A stretch of DNA of 63,966 nt, counting the filler, from Pelomyxa schiedti (taxonomy: Eukaryota > Protista > Evosea): assembly GCA_020536535.1 (NCBI GenBank). It is 7 parts of 7 records of this genome, joined end to end, with 100 filler letters (N's around TTAATTAATTAA, not from the genome) between each part and the next. Parts side by side here need not be neighbours in the genome. Positions count along the whole stretch, not along the records: positions 14,058 to 36,608 come from JAHLWZ010001065.1; positions 36,709 to 43,885 come from JAHLWZ010000263.1; 5 more parts are not named here. One strand, written 5' to 3'. A program made the position numbers and the translations under genes. Each line of letters begins with the position of its first letter. The stretch's first letter is position 1. Positions 30,378 to 43,500 of the stretch are shown here, piece after piece. The notes below the pieces were generated by a model. That model did no database searches. It was not told the origin of the DNA and saw only the letters and a program-made list of their open reading frames with translations.

Positions 30378-33300
30378 TAGTTGTTTTTTTTTTCATTCAC
30401 CGGGTCCTATTCCTTTGGCTATCTGAAATATTATCTACACTTTAGAGGTTTTGGTTTTCATTTGGGAATAGGGATACATGGTCAGGGCTTTATTTGCTCC
30501 GACCCAAAGATGAGTTTTCTTCTTTCAAAAACAGTGGCATTTTTCGGTAGTTGGTACATTGGGTTTACATTTGTGTCCTAGTGTGAAATGACTCTCAGGT
30601 CTCAATGTAGTAAAAAGCAAACATACATGGAGGTTTGATTTGACTATGGATGTGGCATACTGCAGTACTGCGGCTGGTGAATCCAGGTGCCCTTTTTTGC
30701 AGTAACTCCAGAAAGGGCCGTAGTTTGGATCAGAATTGGCACACAGCTGTTTATAGTTAGAGGAAATTGTTTGGTTATTCTGGCGTACGTTTTTAATAAG
30801 CTCCAGGTTGCTTCCTCCTGTTTCGAGAATGTCTTTCCGTACCAATTCAATAAAAGAATCCCCATACTGCGGGGTAAAATGAATTGCATACCGCAGAAGT
30901 CTTTGTCCATGGATTAGATGAAAGAGGGAAGGATTCTCAATAAAACCTATCTGCAATTGGATAGTTCTTCTGTTGGATAAAAATCCGTCCACCTTCGCAT
31001 AGGACTTCACCAGATTTTGGCACCTGAGACAATAAGGTATGGCAAATATAATTTCACACTTACTGCAGTAAGAGCGTTGAAGAACAATTCTATCTTTTGT
31101 TCTGCTGTGCAAGGTTCTAATGCGAACTTTAATTGCATAAAAATTGCCCAGAGCCGCCCAGTGGAAGGGTGCACCTGAATATATTAGTGCAGTAAGACTA
31201 AAAAAAAAGAGTGGAACCTGAATTGCTTCTTGCACAAGTTTGTACGCACAATCACAATTACCATAGCGCAATTCCAAAAGGACTGATTCCAGAAATACCT
31301 TCCATTCCTGTTTTTGTGTGATGCGGCAGTCTACAAGTTGTTGCCGAGCAGAGTTGACATCTCCTATGAATTCCTGATGTTGAAATTAAATTAAGAACGA
31401 GAAAGGTGAAAGATCTGACATCAATGCGTGCTCTATCAATAAGAATTGAGGCCTTCATTTTTACAGGTGCACAAGCAATGGCTCTCTCTACAAGCATACG
31501 GGAAGTAACTGTATTTTGGGCGGCCAGTTCAGTTCTTGCTCCTAAAAAAGTCAAATTCCAGAAATTATTCTAAAATAAAAGGGAAAAAAAGAATGAAAGA
31601 ACAACCTCCAAGCCACACTTTCCATAATGTTATATCAGGACAGTTCCAGGCGGACATGGCATAGTGACTACGGCAGAGAGCCATATCTCCTTCATGTTCC
31701 TCGAGTTGGGCTGCTTCAAAGTACCATTTCCACAAAAGGTCCTAAGTTCAAGTTAATCTGGTAATAATCAAGCCACTCTTACCTGTGACAGCATGGATGA
31801 AGCACATGCAATCACAGAACGAATTTGATCAATGGGCTCCTTGAGTCTCTCCTTTATTCGAAGCAGAGAAAACCAAAGCGGTCCATATCTTGAAAAAGGT
31901 TACATAAAATCCAAGAAAGAGGTTCATACTTTGGAGTAATATTAACGCCCTGCTCTGCAATTTTTTTGGCGTTTGAGTAGCAGCCCCTCTTCTCCTCGTA
32001 CAAATAGTATGCCTGGATGGCCGGTCCAGTTGGATTGTGTTCCATTAAATACTATGACAAATAAGAAAAAACCTCAACAAGTGCCGGATACATTAAAAAC
32101 CATTACAGCAATATTATGAAACCCTGCCTTGGCTTCCAACATTGCCCCTTCTAAAATTGTTCTCCACCATTTGGATATAGAATCCTGTCTGCGCAAATAT
32201 GAAAGAGATTCAAGTTTGAGAGAATCGCACTCAATGGTAGAGGAAATCTTGGATATCAAAGAGCGCCCATGATTGAGATTATCTAATTTGGTCTCAAGTT
32301 TGATCGCTTTTATCAACAAGTTCTCACTTGCCCCACACCATTCCAGACCGCTGTAGAGCAAGGTCTGAAGGATTTTAGATTCCTCTTTGCAAAAGAATGA
32401 AAACAGAAGCAGTGCACACCCTGGCAAAGGAAAGGTTTCCAATTTCTTCCTGCATTTTTGCAAATTCAAGCCAAATGCGGCTATCAGTGGGATATTTATT
32501 CAGTGCCTAAAGATTATTAATAAATCACTCTAGAGTTGAGGGACAAGACTGTGAAAAAAAATGTGGCTGCTTGCTGAAATTTGCCTTCCCTTTTTAAACA
32601 GTCTGCGAAATCTGAAAACTATTACTTTAAATAAGGAGAGGTCGAGTACCAACGTATGCGAGGCACTGTGTACGGCCTGAAAGCTCACTGAGAGTACAAT
32701 TTGCGTAGTTAGATGCTTGCTCATGGCCTCTTGTAGCCTCAACACGTTTGTATTCAGCATAAAACCCTTTACAAGGCCATCGGGAATTTCCCTTTGGGGG
32801 GCTGAAATCAGGGGAAGGAATGGGAGTCTGTAGTTGTTCATGCGTTTGGTCTACTGTAGGAAGGGGTTCTACACAGTGTTGCAGATCTCGTGGTGGAGTG
32901 CAAGGCTGTTGGATTGAGGCTTGTGGTTTCTCTATTTGTCCAGTGGTTGGATTTGAAGGTATTGAGCAAAGGGATGCAGAGAGGATAGGTGGGAGAATTT
33001 GTGGAACTTCCTTTGGATGGGAGGTGGATCTAATACATGTTAGTCAAACTTTATAATGATGGGTCATACTGGATTCTGGTCGAATGTGGTGCTATCTTTA
33101 GAGAAGATAAGAAGGAAAAAGCATAAAGAAAACACTTTCCGGCACTCTTATCTCACGGGTTTCAAATAACACGGGAAGAGGTTTGAGCTCCCCATCTCTT
33201 AGAATCCGTTATTGAAATAAATAACGTTGATAAAGAAAATTGACTGGCATACACGTTAATTTCATCATCACTCTCAGAAAATTCATCACCTGGTTCACTT

Positions 33301-34722
33301 GTCACACCAGCAGCAAGAGTCTCATCAGAACTCACAGACCCTGTGGACACATCAACATCATCTTCATCACTGAGAGGAGCTTACATGTGGTATGTGAGTG
33401 TTAAAACTTATGCTTAGGAAACTACCATTTGTTGCAATTTGAACTTCGCGTGAAATTTGAATTCCAGAGCTCTCGCGTGACAATCTTCCAGGAGCGGATG
33501 TCTGGATCATTGAACGGCGCCAAGGTAAACTGCAGGTTCGGACTGGGCTATCTTCTCGGGGTCTTCCTTTCATTATGAATATCCTTTGGGGTGCAGAGGC
33601 TTTTTCTTCTGCAGTGGCAGTGGTCTGCTTGGTTGCAGGGGCACTAGCTTCAGTTTCAACAGAATCCCCTTTATTGATTTTCTTGCTTCTTTTAGAAAAT
33701 ATGAGAATTTACAGATTGTGGGCCGCAAAAAAGAAGTGATACAAAAAAGAAGGTATGTCTGAGGAATCCATCAGCCTCGTCATGTCCATCATATCCAATG
33801 ATGCTGACCTTCTCCTAGTTATCTTTTCTGGTAATGAAGCTCTAATTAGCCCATATTATGCATTATTATTACTACTAATAACCAAGACCAACCAAGAAAA
33901 AAAGGTTGCATCAATAATAAAAGGAAGTGGTTGGACTACCTATGTATTATCACTGTACTAACTTTACTTTTTAGCATTACTATTATTAGTAGTAGTAGTA
34001 ATAATAATAATAATAATGGCAATGAATGAATCACCCTGGGGCAATGGCATCCTAGGGGGCACAGCACTTCCCTGCGACCTCTCTCGTCTCAGTCTCACCC
34101 CTGGCCCCAATTCCGATCCCAACGATGGAGCCGACGTCGCCGCCGACGCGGGTGGCCACGACGGTTTGCCGATTATGGGAGGAGCCGGCGGAGCTGCTGC
34201 TGGCGGGGTCGTACCACCAAGTTGCACAACGACAGCCCCGCCCTGCTGGGCTGCACCCATTCCCATAAGTCCCATTATTCCCCCCTGCTCCGGCTGCTGC
34301 TGCTGCTTCGGTCCTCCTCCTCTTCCCCCACCTCTACGTGTGAGGTTGGCCAGGGAGCTCGACTTGTACCTGAGGCGGCCCCCCTGCTGCGGGTGCGCCT
34401 GCTTGGCGGTTGGGGTGGGCGCCGAGACCGAGGTGGGCGTGGGTGCCTTGGGGGACGCCGACACCCCCTCCGCGTCCGCGTCCGCCGACGCTGCTGCGCG
34501 TGGGCGCGGGTGTGGGCGCGGGCGTGCCGGGGGGCTGGGGGGCGGCGACGGCGACGTATATGGTCCCTCACCGCCGCCGTCGCCGTTTCTGCCTGGCGCC
34601 TGCTGCTGCTGCTGCTGGTGGTGGTGGGCAGCATCGGCCGCCGGCGTACCCTGTAGTTCGCTGCCTGTGGCCGTGGCGGTGGCAGTGGCCGTGGCTGGTC
34701 GCTGTTGTTGCTCTTCGTTCAT
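30378..34722 (-). CDS. HAT/TPR-repeat protein with long disordered N-terminus (possibly RNA processing)
   Basis: Exons such as WRTILEGAMLEAKAG, WKWYFEAAQLEE, WAALGN, LRYAIHFTPQYGDSFIE and CANSDPNYGPFWSYCK. The 3' boundary is approximate. Confidence 0.7.
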
Positions 34723-35168
34723 GGACGTGTGACGTCCTTTCATCACAGATCGGGTACGAAAATAAAAATCGAGTTTTATGGTGATTGATCGACTTCGCGT
34801 CATTAGCCCTGGGCGTAATCAAAGGACGAGCCCACCTTAGGTTTGTATTCCTGATGCCTTTTTTTGCTTTTGAACTGTTCAAGACAGAAAAGACACTGGG
34901 TCCACCAGAGACTCAAGAGGAGACTCCCCAACTTGGGGTTGTGCGCCTTTTTTTTCCCCGCGCCTTTATTTTCCCCATTAAATAAATAGAGAAAGGAAAA
35001 AGAAACCATAAATCAACAAAAAAAGCCCGGCCAACAGTGGGGAAGAGAAGGCACGTGCTGCGAGGTTGTGGGGTTTGCTGTTCACAGTGGGAACTGGTCT
35101 CTGCTGGTCGACGGTGGTTGTGTGGTATTTTTTCCCTTTGTTTCTCTTTTTCTACTATTTCTGTTTTT

Positions 35169-35563
35169 TTCTATTGTCTATTCTGTCTGTTAGGATGCCC
35201 CAATGACCTTCCCCTGCTCCTCAGGGGAATCCAACCAGGTCATTGGCTCCTAACAGCGTCCTTGCTCCTCAGGGACAAACAACAATTCTATTGTCTATTC
35301 TGTCTGTTAGGATGCCCCAATGACCTTCCCCTGCTCCTCAGGGGAATCCAACCAGGTCATTGGCTCCTAACAGCGTCCTTGCTCCTCAGGGACAAACAAC
35401 AATTCTNNNNNNNNNNNNNNNNNNNNNNNNNNNNNNNNNNNNNNNNNNNNNNNNNNNNNNNNNNNNNNNNNNNNNNNNNNNNNNNNNNNNNNNNNNNNNN
35501 NNNNNNATTGTCTATTCTGTCTGTTAGGATGCCCCAATGACCTTCCCCTGCTCCTCAGGGGAA
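35169..35563. repeat. 117-bp tandem repeat with nested inverted repeats (at least 2 full copies plus a partial, spanning an N gap)
   Basis: Units start at 35171 and 35288 and are identical. A partial copy follows the gap at 35507-35563. Confidence 0.9.
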
Positions 35564-35567
35564 CCAC

Positions 35568-36456
35568 CTAAAAATATGCTAGCATATTTTTAGGTGGTGA
35601 TGGCCCAACCACAGGACTGCTGTGATTCATTGATAGGGCAAGCAAGGAATGAGTGACAACGGGTTGTTGAACTTTCGTTAAGTTGCCTGGGGTAGTGGGT
35701 GTTGTGTATGCTTCAGCAGAGACATTTTTTAGTGCCGTGTGGTACAAATTCACAAGCAAAAAATTCAACTTTTTGTTTTTCAGCAAGGAAAAGGGTAGTA
35801 TCCTACATATTACCAGATCACTGGCCAACCCCATTTGCAACAGCAGCCATAGCACCACTTCCCACAGTCCCACCAACAGTAGCAGCAGTCCCTGATGTCA
35901 AAGAAGCAGAGGCACCACCCCCCACACCAACACTTGCAGCAACAGAACCCACACCAACACCACCACTGGCAACATATGACGGCACCCTTGTGTACACAAA
36001 CCACATCAGAACCAGCACAGTGACCAGGCCCAGGACCACCCCAATCCCATACCTACTGCACAGCTTCCCCCTCAATCCCTCAGAATCACAGCAAGAACTG
36101 CAGCAGCAGTACCCACAACACCAGCCCTCATCATCCTCCAGTCTCCTTTCCCCCATGTTATACTCCCCAACCCCAGTTAGTCTCATCCCATGAGTATGTG
36201 CGGAGCCCCGGCGCTGCACAGAAGACGAAAACAATCCCGAGGGGCAGCATGAGCAGGTGCAGAGTGCGCGCCACAGGGACCGCCCGGCGGAGCGGAGGAG
36301 CCAGCGAAGCGACGCGGCGGCGCCCGACGCGGCGCCCGAGGGCGCGCCAGCGGAGCGGGAGCGGCGGGCCAGCAGGTCGTCGTCGAAGCGGTCGTCGAAC
36401 TCGATGTCCCCGTCGGGTCCTTCTCTCTCCACGTCGTTCCCCCCCGCTCGGTACAT
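35568..36456 (-). CDS. Putative single-pass (type II) membrane protein, partial
   Basis: A 212-aa ORF with an acidic N-terminus and TM helix YGIGVVLGLVTVLVLMWFVY, then a G/A/S-rich stalk. A probable next exon lies at 35568-35800. Confidence 0.5.
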
Positions 36457-36708
36457 CGTCTCTTGTGTGATCAGGGAAAAGCTTCACTTACACGGGTGAA
36501 CAATAAAATGCGAAAAGAGGGATCTTGTACAGCGTACAGGGACGCGGGTTTGGTTGATGTCCAGGTTGATGTCCTGGTTGATGTGTCTGCACCTACGTCT
36601 CTGATATCNNNNNNNNNNNNNNNNNNNNNNNNNNNNNNNNNNNNNNNNNNNNTTAATTAATTAANNNNNNNNNNNNNNNNNNNNNNNNNNNNNNNNNNNN
36701 NNNNNNNN

Positions 36709-37265
36709 CTCTTGACACCACACCTGGGGTGTGATCCCGAAGCCAGTGCAAGCATCTGACACCTCGCATCAATGAACCGTTGCCCTGTTTGCAACGGCTT
36801 TTGGTACAGAACCTCCTCCTTCAGGAGTGGAGGAGGCAGTGCGCAATCAACGCCCAAAGCAACATAAGATGAACTTGTGGTAGTGGTGGTGGAACATGAA
36901 GTGGAAGCAGAAGTGGAAAAAGAGGAGGCAGAAACAGAAGCAGAAGTACCAACGGCAGTCGATGTATGTGTTGGCCCAGGAACTGTAACTGCAACTGACT
37001 TCGTTGCCTGAGGGAGTTGTTGTTGCATGGTTTGTTGTTGTTGACGAAGGGGAAGGGGAAGGGGAAGGGGAAGGGGTGGAGGAGGTTGAAGCTGATAGCG
37101 GAGAGGATCAATCGAGAGTGTGTGGATGCGGTCGTCGCCGCCATCATCGTTTGTTGTTGCCGTTGTGGTGATGCCGCCGCCGTGTATTGACTGTCGTTGG
37201 AGATTGGCCAGTCTTCGCCTTAGGTCCCCACGTTGTTTGTTGTTGTTTTTGCTCCGTTGTTGCAT
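36709..37265 (-). CDS. Hypothetical protein (AR.Q..A...RCG family), truncated at contig edge
   Basis: Low-complexity N-terminus followed by FIDARCQMLALASGSHPRCGVK, then the linker. Confidence 0.6.
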
Positions 37266-38724
37266 TTCGTGGCTGCTGCGGGTGCCGATCGATGATGGGT
37301 TTTTTTTTTTTTTTGATAATTGTGAGAATAGTTCATCGTCACATCTTTTTTAACACCATCACCATGGGACACTTCGCGCCATCGACCAATTCGCGGCCTG
37401 TGCCTTGTGTCGCACCCAAGGTGTGGCTTGTCCCACACTCAAGTGTTGAGCTGGAATAGAGGTAATTTCCTTTTGGGTCCCCTGCAGGAACGCGCTGCTG
37501 CAGTCCGCATTAGTGCGTTTCACGCAGATAATCTGTGACTCACAGCCGAGTATCCAAGACTGACAGCGTGGCTTCGAAGCTAACCGCACCAAATTAATTA
37601 TGTGGTGGTTGCCCACATCACATCGGTGTGTCTACTACTTCTTTTGATTGTTTTCTCCCTTGCGTAAATGTAGCAGAGACCTGTGTGCTTTTGTGTGTAA
37701 CAAGAATTTAATAATGATAATGTTTTGGTTATTTTCGTGTAGTGTTGGTGTGTTCTTATTGCTTTTACTTTGTGTGTGTTGTCAGGTGGATTTGAGCCTG
37801 GCTTAAAAGGACACGCTTGTTCTAGAAGGTTCCAACAGCCACATGGTCCAGAGTATTGGGGGGACCACTTTTCAACGCAGCCGAGCCAACGGCTTGAGGA
37901 TTATCAACGGCAGCTGCTTGTGCACAAGCCCCGCCATGTGATAATGCGCGCTCAAAAAAAAAATCAAATTCCCTGAAGTTGGTGAATTTCCAAGTCGGTA
38001 ATTCCTCTAACCATGACTTGTTATTGGGCAAGCATGCTCTCCCAAGAACAGCTGATGCCAAGTTTTGATGAACCGATCATGATCTTTCCATTCCCACTTT
38101 TTGAAAAAAATTGGTGTTCTGACAGGCAACTGGTGATGATGAACAATACATACATTGCAACCCCTCAGATTTCCTCTCAATGGTCCATTGCCAGTTTCTT
38201 GGCTAACACACGCTCTCCCAGAAACAAAAAGCGCCATTCTGTGATGTACACGTCATGTTCTTTCCGTTCCCACGTGTTCAACAACTATGGAGGAAGTGAC
38301 AGGAAGTGAACAGCCTGACCACTTCGCTTCATCGTGTTGTTCATTGTTTGGGGGTTTGGGGGGCTCGTTTTGATGTCGTGCTTGCGGTACATGCCACTCC
38401 ACAACAAGTTGGAGTTCCCCGACGAAGTCTAGTAACTATTTGCTCCACTCAACAAAGAAAATAGTTACTAGACTTGAGTCCCCATTGCCAAAAGTACTCC
38501 GAGTGGCATGTACCGCAAAAAAAATCACATGCCACGTCAAAAACCTGGCAACCACACCAACCACCTCGTTGTTGTAAACACAAGTCATCTTTCCAAACCC
38601 TCCTGCCGCACTTCCTTGTGGAAGGTGCCACACCCATTTTTAGCTTAGACCGTGGTTTAGACCGTTTTTCGTCGTCTCTCATCGATTTTCCTTTCTATCC
38701 CTAAGTTTAGCAAATTCTATCTGT

Positions 38725-39356
38725 GGTGGGGGGGGGGGGTCAAGAGGAAGACGAGGCAGTTGTTGGTTCTTCTGTGCGATTGCGGTGGCCAGGGAACGCT
38801 GCCGCCGCGATGTTGGCGAGGCACCTGCTGATGTGTCCAGTAACGTCGTCGTTGTCCTCACTTGTGGGAGTGTTGTGGTTGTTGGTGTTGGTGAGATCAG
38901 GTCGTCCGGAATTTGTGAACACCATCTCGGCACACGTCATCAACACTTTGTCAATTGCCGGGAATGACGGCCGATCGATTTCTGTTGTGTGTGGGTCCGT
39001 GTGAGTGGCGAGGAGGGACGGAACGGGGAAGGAAAAACGAACCGAGGATCGAGAGGCAGGATTCAACAACGAGAGAGAACAGACCAACGCACGCGCGGTG
39101 CACGTTGGTGTTCATCTTGGGCTCAGAACGCAACGCGGAAATGATCGCAATCTTCCGGCTGAGGCACTCCACAACGGGATATTCTCCAACGTCATCGCAA
39201 ATCCGGTCCACTTCTGTGTGTGCGTGTGTGAGTATGTGTGCGCGTTAGGTGACGTGACGCAGGGAGAGTTTTTTGGCTTTTTTATTGTTGTCAACCGGCA
39301 ATTTCAGGGGCTGAGAGTGTTGCCCGCTGGACCCTCATAAATTCTGTCACTTGGGC
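38725..39356 (-). repeat. Near-identical duplicate of the kinase 3' exons at 40532-41172
   Basis: A ~630-bp direct repeat (offset ~1.8 kb) encoding VVESCLSIL / IDRPSFPAIDKVL, the kinase subdomain XI. Confidence 0.9.
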
Positions 39357-39456
39357 NNNNNNNNNNNNNNNNNNNNNNNNNNNNNNNNNNNNNNNNNNNN
39401 NNNNNNNNNNNNNNNNNNNNNNNNNNNNNNNNNNNNNNNNNNNNNNNNNNNNNNNN

Positions 39457-40214
39457 ATCCATTCAATACTGAGGAAACATTTGTGCATATCTGTTGGAGA
39501 AACCCTGGTTCTCGTGGAATGAAATGGTTCCTTTCTCATGCAAAAGTGTGCAACATCAGTCCAAAGACAGTGGAGAATGCTGTTCTGCTTCTTCGTCGAA
39601 AGCCACAAGAGTTTGGGGTGTTTCTGGACACCATCCCTGCAGCCAGGTGTTTCCGAGTGTACACAGTGACCTGTGCTGTGGAATCGTGGAGCCTGTCACA
39701 GACCATGCACTTTGTGTCAGAAAGTCGTGGGTTTAGTACTGACAAAATAATCAAGGGTCTGAAAGGCAGCAGCCGTGTTCAATCTGGAAAGGTTGTCAGG
39801 TGGCTGGTCCAATCCTTTCTGTCGACTCAACAGAAAGTCACATGTGGGAACCATTTGCTGAGACTTCTGATTGAGGCCAACAAAGTTCGTTGTGCTGAGT
39901 GGCTGATCCACGCGTGTAAGATTTCGTTTGATGAGGTAATTCTCGATGCATATCATCTTAAAGCACCACTCAGAACCCGCACTGTTCCTTTCTTTGCACA
40001 GGTTATCAAAGTGATTCAAACATTCCACAAGGGAAACTTCGGTGTGAAAATGTGGAAGATGCTGCTGCGCGTGTTTCCTCGAATTACAGCTGAGTTTGTC
40101 AAGGAGCACCTCGTGTGGGTTGTTTTCATGTCACCGCTCCACACCACCGTCTCGATGCGCACTCTGGGACTCACAAAGGACGACGTACTTGCCGTGAAAG
40201 GGCAGGAGACTTGA
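39457..40214 (+). CDS. C-terminal part of ankyrin-like family protein (5' end lost in gap)
   Basis: SGKVVRWLV...NHLLRLLIEANKVRCAEWLI matches SSKAVKWAI...NHHHLLFNLLLHGKNQCAHWLL of 59147-61509. Confidence 0.7.
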
Positions 40215-40543
40215 ACGGCATGTCATGGCATGGCATCATTCATGGCATTGTTGGTAACAGGAGAGTGCACCTTGGTTTGTGGTGGTGAACAATTTAAGAT
40301 TGAGCGAAAGTAGGGGCTTACGTTTCCTCCTCTGGTTTCAAACAAACACGAGGTGTTTGCTGAAATCAAATTGGAGCACAAAGTGCAAGCGGTGCTTCTT
40401 GTTCCACGACTACGAACGAAACCAACAAATTAAAGGGAAAAAAAATAGTGTTATGTTGTTAGGTGAAACACGAAATGGGGTGCGTTCATGATGATTGATG
40501 TTGGGAGGTGCTGCGCTCGGTCACACCCTCTGTGATGGGGGGG

Positions 40544-43500
40544 TCAAGAGGAAGACGAGGCAGTTGTTGGTTCTTCTGTGCGATTGCGGTGGCCAGGGAA
40601 CACTGCTGCTGCGATGTTGGCGAGGCACCTGCTGATGTGTCCAGTAACGTCGTCGTTGTCCTCACTTGTGGGAGTGTTGTGGTTGTTGGTGTTGGTGTTG
40701 GTGTTGGTGAGATCAGGTCGTCCGGAATTTGTGAACACCATCTCGGCACACGTCATCAACACTTTGTCAATCGCCGGGAATGACGGCCGATCGATTTCTG
40801 TTGTGTGTGGGTCCGTGTGAGTGGCGAGGAGGGACGGAACGGGGAAGGAAAAACGAACCGAGGATCGAGAGGCAGGATTCGACAACGAGAGAGAACAGAC
40901 CAACGCACGCGCGGTGCACGTTGTTGTTCATCTTGGGCTCAGAACGCAACGCGGAAATGATCGCAATCTTCCGGCTGAGGCACTCCACAACGGGATATTC
41001 TCCAACGTCATCACAAATCCGGTCCACTTCTGTGTGTGCGGGTGTGAGTAAGTGTGCGCGTTAGGTGACGTGACGCAGGGAGAGTTTTTTGGCTTTTTTA
41101 TTGTTGTCAACCGGCAATTTCAGGGGCTGAGAGTGTTGCCCGCTGGACCCTCATAAATTCTGTCACTTGGGCGCCGGACTTGGGCATCTTGACTGATGGA
41201 ACTTCGCCGTGAAGGAGTTCACTCAACAAAACTGCAAACTCCCACATGTCTCCTTTTGAATGTGTTTGTTTGTGTGTGCGGTGCGGTGCGGAAGTAATTG
41301 GTGTTGAGTGAAAACTAAATCAATAGGATGAATACAACAACAATCCAAAATAATACCTTGAATTCGGTAGTGCCCAGTGTGCATCTGCGGTGGCAAGTAA
41401 ATTGGCGTTCCGGCCCCGTTTGTGAAACTCCCAATCGGAGGAGCTGGTTTGTTCCCGCCGATTTGGTGCTGCTGGAGGGCTCTTGATACTCCTTCATTTT
41501 CAGTTGGGATTGAGAGAGTCAATTGTGTTGAGGCCTGCGTGTGTGCGTGTGTCTGTGTCAATTGCAGAAATTACCAAAGTCAGATATTTTTGGAGTTCCA
41601 CAAGAATCGAGGAGAACATTGTTGCTGCTCAGGTCCCGGTGCATGTAGCTCCTCCTGTGTTTTTTTTTTTTTGTTTTTAAGCGTATTAATGGGAAATTAA
41701 TTAGTGTTGGGCAACGTAAATGATATATATTATTGTTAAAAAGAGTGGCAAGAAGAACTGGAATTGAATGAAACCTGTGAAGTGCAGTCATTCCTTTGGC
41801 AATTCCGGAAGAAATTGCCACAACTTCCATGAATGTCAAATCTTTCTAATAATCGTGTGGTTGGTATATTCGTATTTACAATTTGAGGGAGTTGAGTCCA
41901 ACCAAAAAAATAAGTGGGAGAGGAAAAAGAGGGAGCCAAAAAACAAACATGATGAAGGAGCTGCCTGAGGCTCATTTCCATGAGTTCAGACACGATCCAG
42001 AGTGACCCTGTGCTCGTGACGCATGTTCCAAGGCATCTCACAATGTTTGGGTGCCTCAAGCTTGACGAAACCTGTGTTTGTGTGTCGGTGGCTGATGGTG
42101 AGTTGATGGATCGTGAATTTTAAGAACGCAAGATGATCACAGACAAAACTCCCCCGTCTCACACACACACTCACCAGAGCTTCCTGCTGAAACCTCGTGA
42201 TGTTGAACTCAGACTTGATGGCTTCGTGAAGTTCTTTGATTGCCACAAACGTTGTTGTTCTTTCTGATGATGAAGTGGAGGAAGAGGAGGAGGAAGTTGT
42301 CATCGCGTTGTTCTCACGGAAGGTGCACTTGAAGACAGTTCCATACGATCCCACTCCAAGTGTGGAAACAACTTTCAGGTCTTTCTCTTGGATTGGCGTG
42401 GTTGATTTGATTCGAACCTTGATTTGAACAACAACTCCGTTTCTACTGCTGTCTTGTTGTTGTCGTTGCTGTAGCTGCTGCCGTTGTTGAATCCCATCCA
42501 AGGTGATGGATGAATCGGTCAACAGCAGTTCCTCAGAGTTGTTGTTTTCTGAACCGACGGTGAAAATCACTTGTTGTGTTGGTTCAACTCCAAACTTCCT
42601 TGAAACGATAAGCTTCACAATCTTGTGTGACCAAAACAAACAACCAGTTAGAAGAAACATCGCCAAACACCAACGAGAAAAAAGGGAGCTGGTGAAAAGA
42701 AAAGAAAAGAAAAGAAAAGAAAAGAAAAGAAAAGAAAAGAAAAGAAAAGAAAAGAAAAGAAAAGAAAAGAAAAGAAAAGAAAAGAAAAGAAAAGAAAAGG
42801 GGGGAGGTTCAAGAGAGGAAAGCACCATTTGAAGGGGACAGAAGCCGCACACGATTTCATCAAAAGAGGGAAGATCCTCAAACGCAATCCTGATTTGTGA
42901 TTGCTTGCAGTCGTTGTTTTCAGGGAGAATGTTGCGCCACGTGCCTTCTCCTTGTTCGACATGTGACATCACATGATTCATGTCTGCCATTGACAGAGAA
43001 TTAGAATTGAGTTGGTGAGTGGTGCCGTGTTATTATATGCTGCATGTTTTTGTTGGTTGGTTGGTTGAGTGGGGAGCAAGCACAAACAGCGTTGGAGATC
43101 TCGAAATCTTTGTTGATCAGATGCTCTCTGGCCACAAAAGCTCTTCCGGTTCTTTGATGAATAAACACAATAAAAACTTGGGTGGGGGAGCAGTTACATC
43201 CTAAACACGCCACGGAGTGAAGCAAAGAGAGAGAGAGAAATTGAAGTAAAGTAAGGAGGAAGAAGAGGAATAAGNNNNNNNNNNNNNNNNNNNNNNNNNN
43301 NNNNNNNNNNNNNNNNNNNNNNNNNNNNNNNNNNNNNNNNNNNNNNNNNNNNNNNNNNNNNNNNNNNNNNNNNNTTGATGAATAAACACAATAAAAACTT
43401 GGGTGGGGGAGCAGTTACATCCTAAACACGCCACGGAGTGAAGCAAAGAGAGAGAGAGAAATTGAAGTAAAGTAAGGAGGAAGAAGAGGAATAAGTGCAC

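Noticed and set aside
35169-35563. 117-nt repeat as 5S rRNA, hammerhead ribozyme or CRISPR array
   Set aside because: There is no convincing 5S consensus. The minus strand has CTGAGGA but no correctly placed GAAA/stem II. The units are identical with no spacers, and no cas genes are present.
37780-38310. Possible coding fragment (VLEGSNSHMVQSIGGTTFQRSRANG...)
   Set aside because: Interrupted by stops and I cannot assign a family; too weak to call.
43154-43494. ~120-bp direct repeat on both sides of the N gap
   Set aside because: Identical sequence flanking a scaffold gap is a typical unmerged-overlap artefact.
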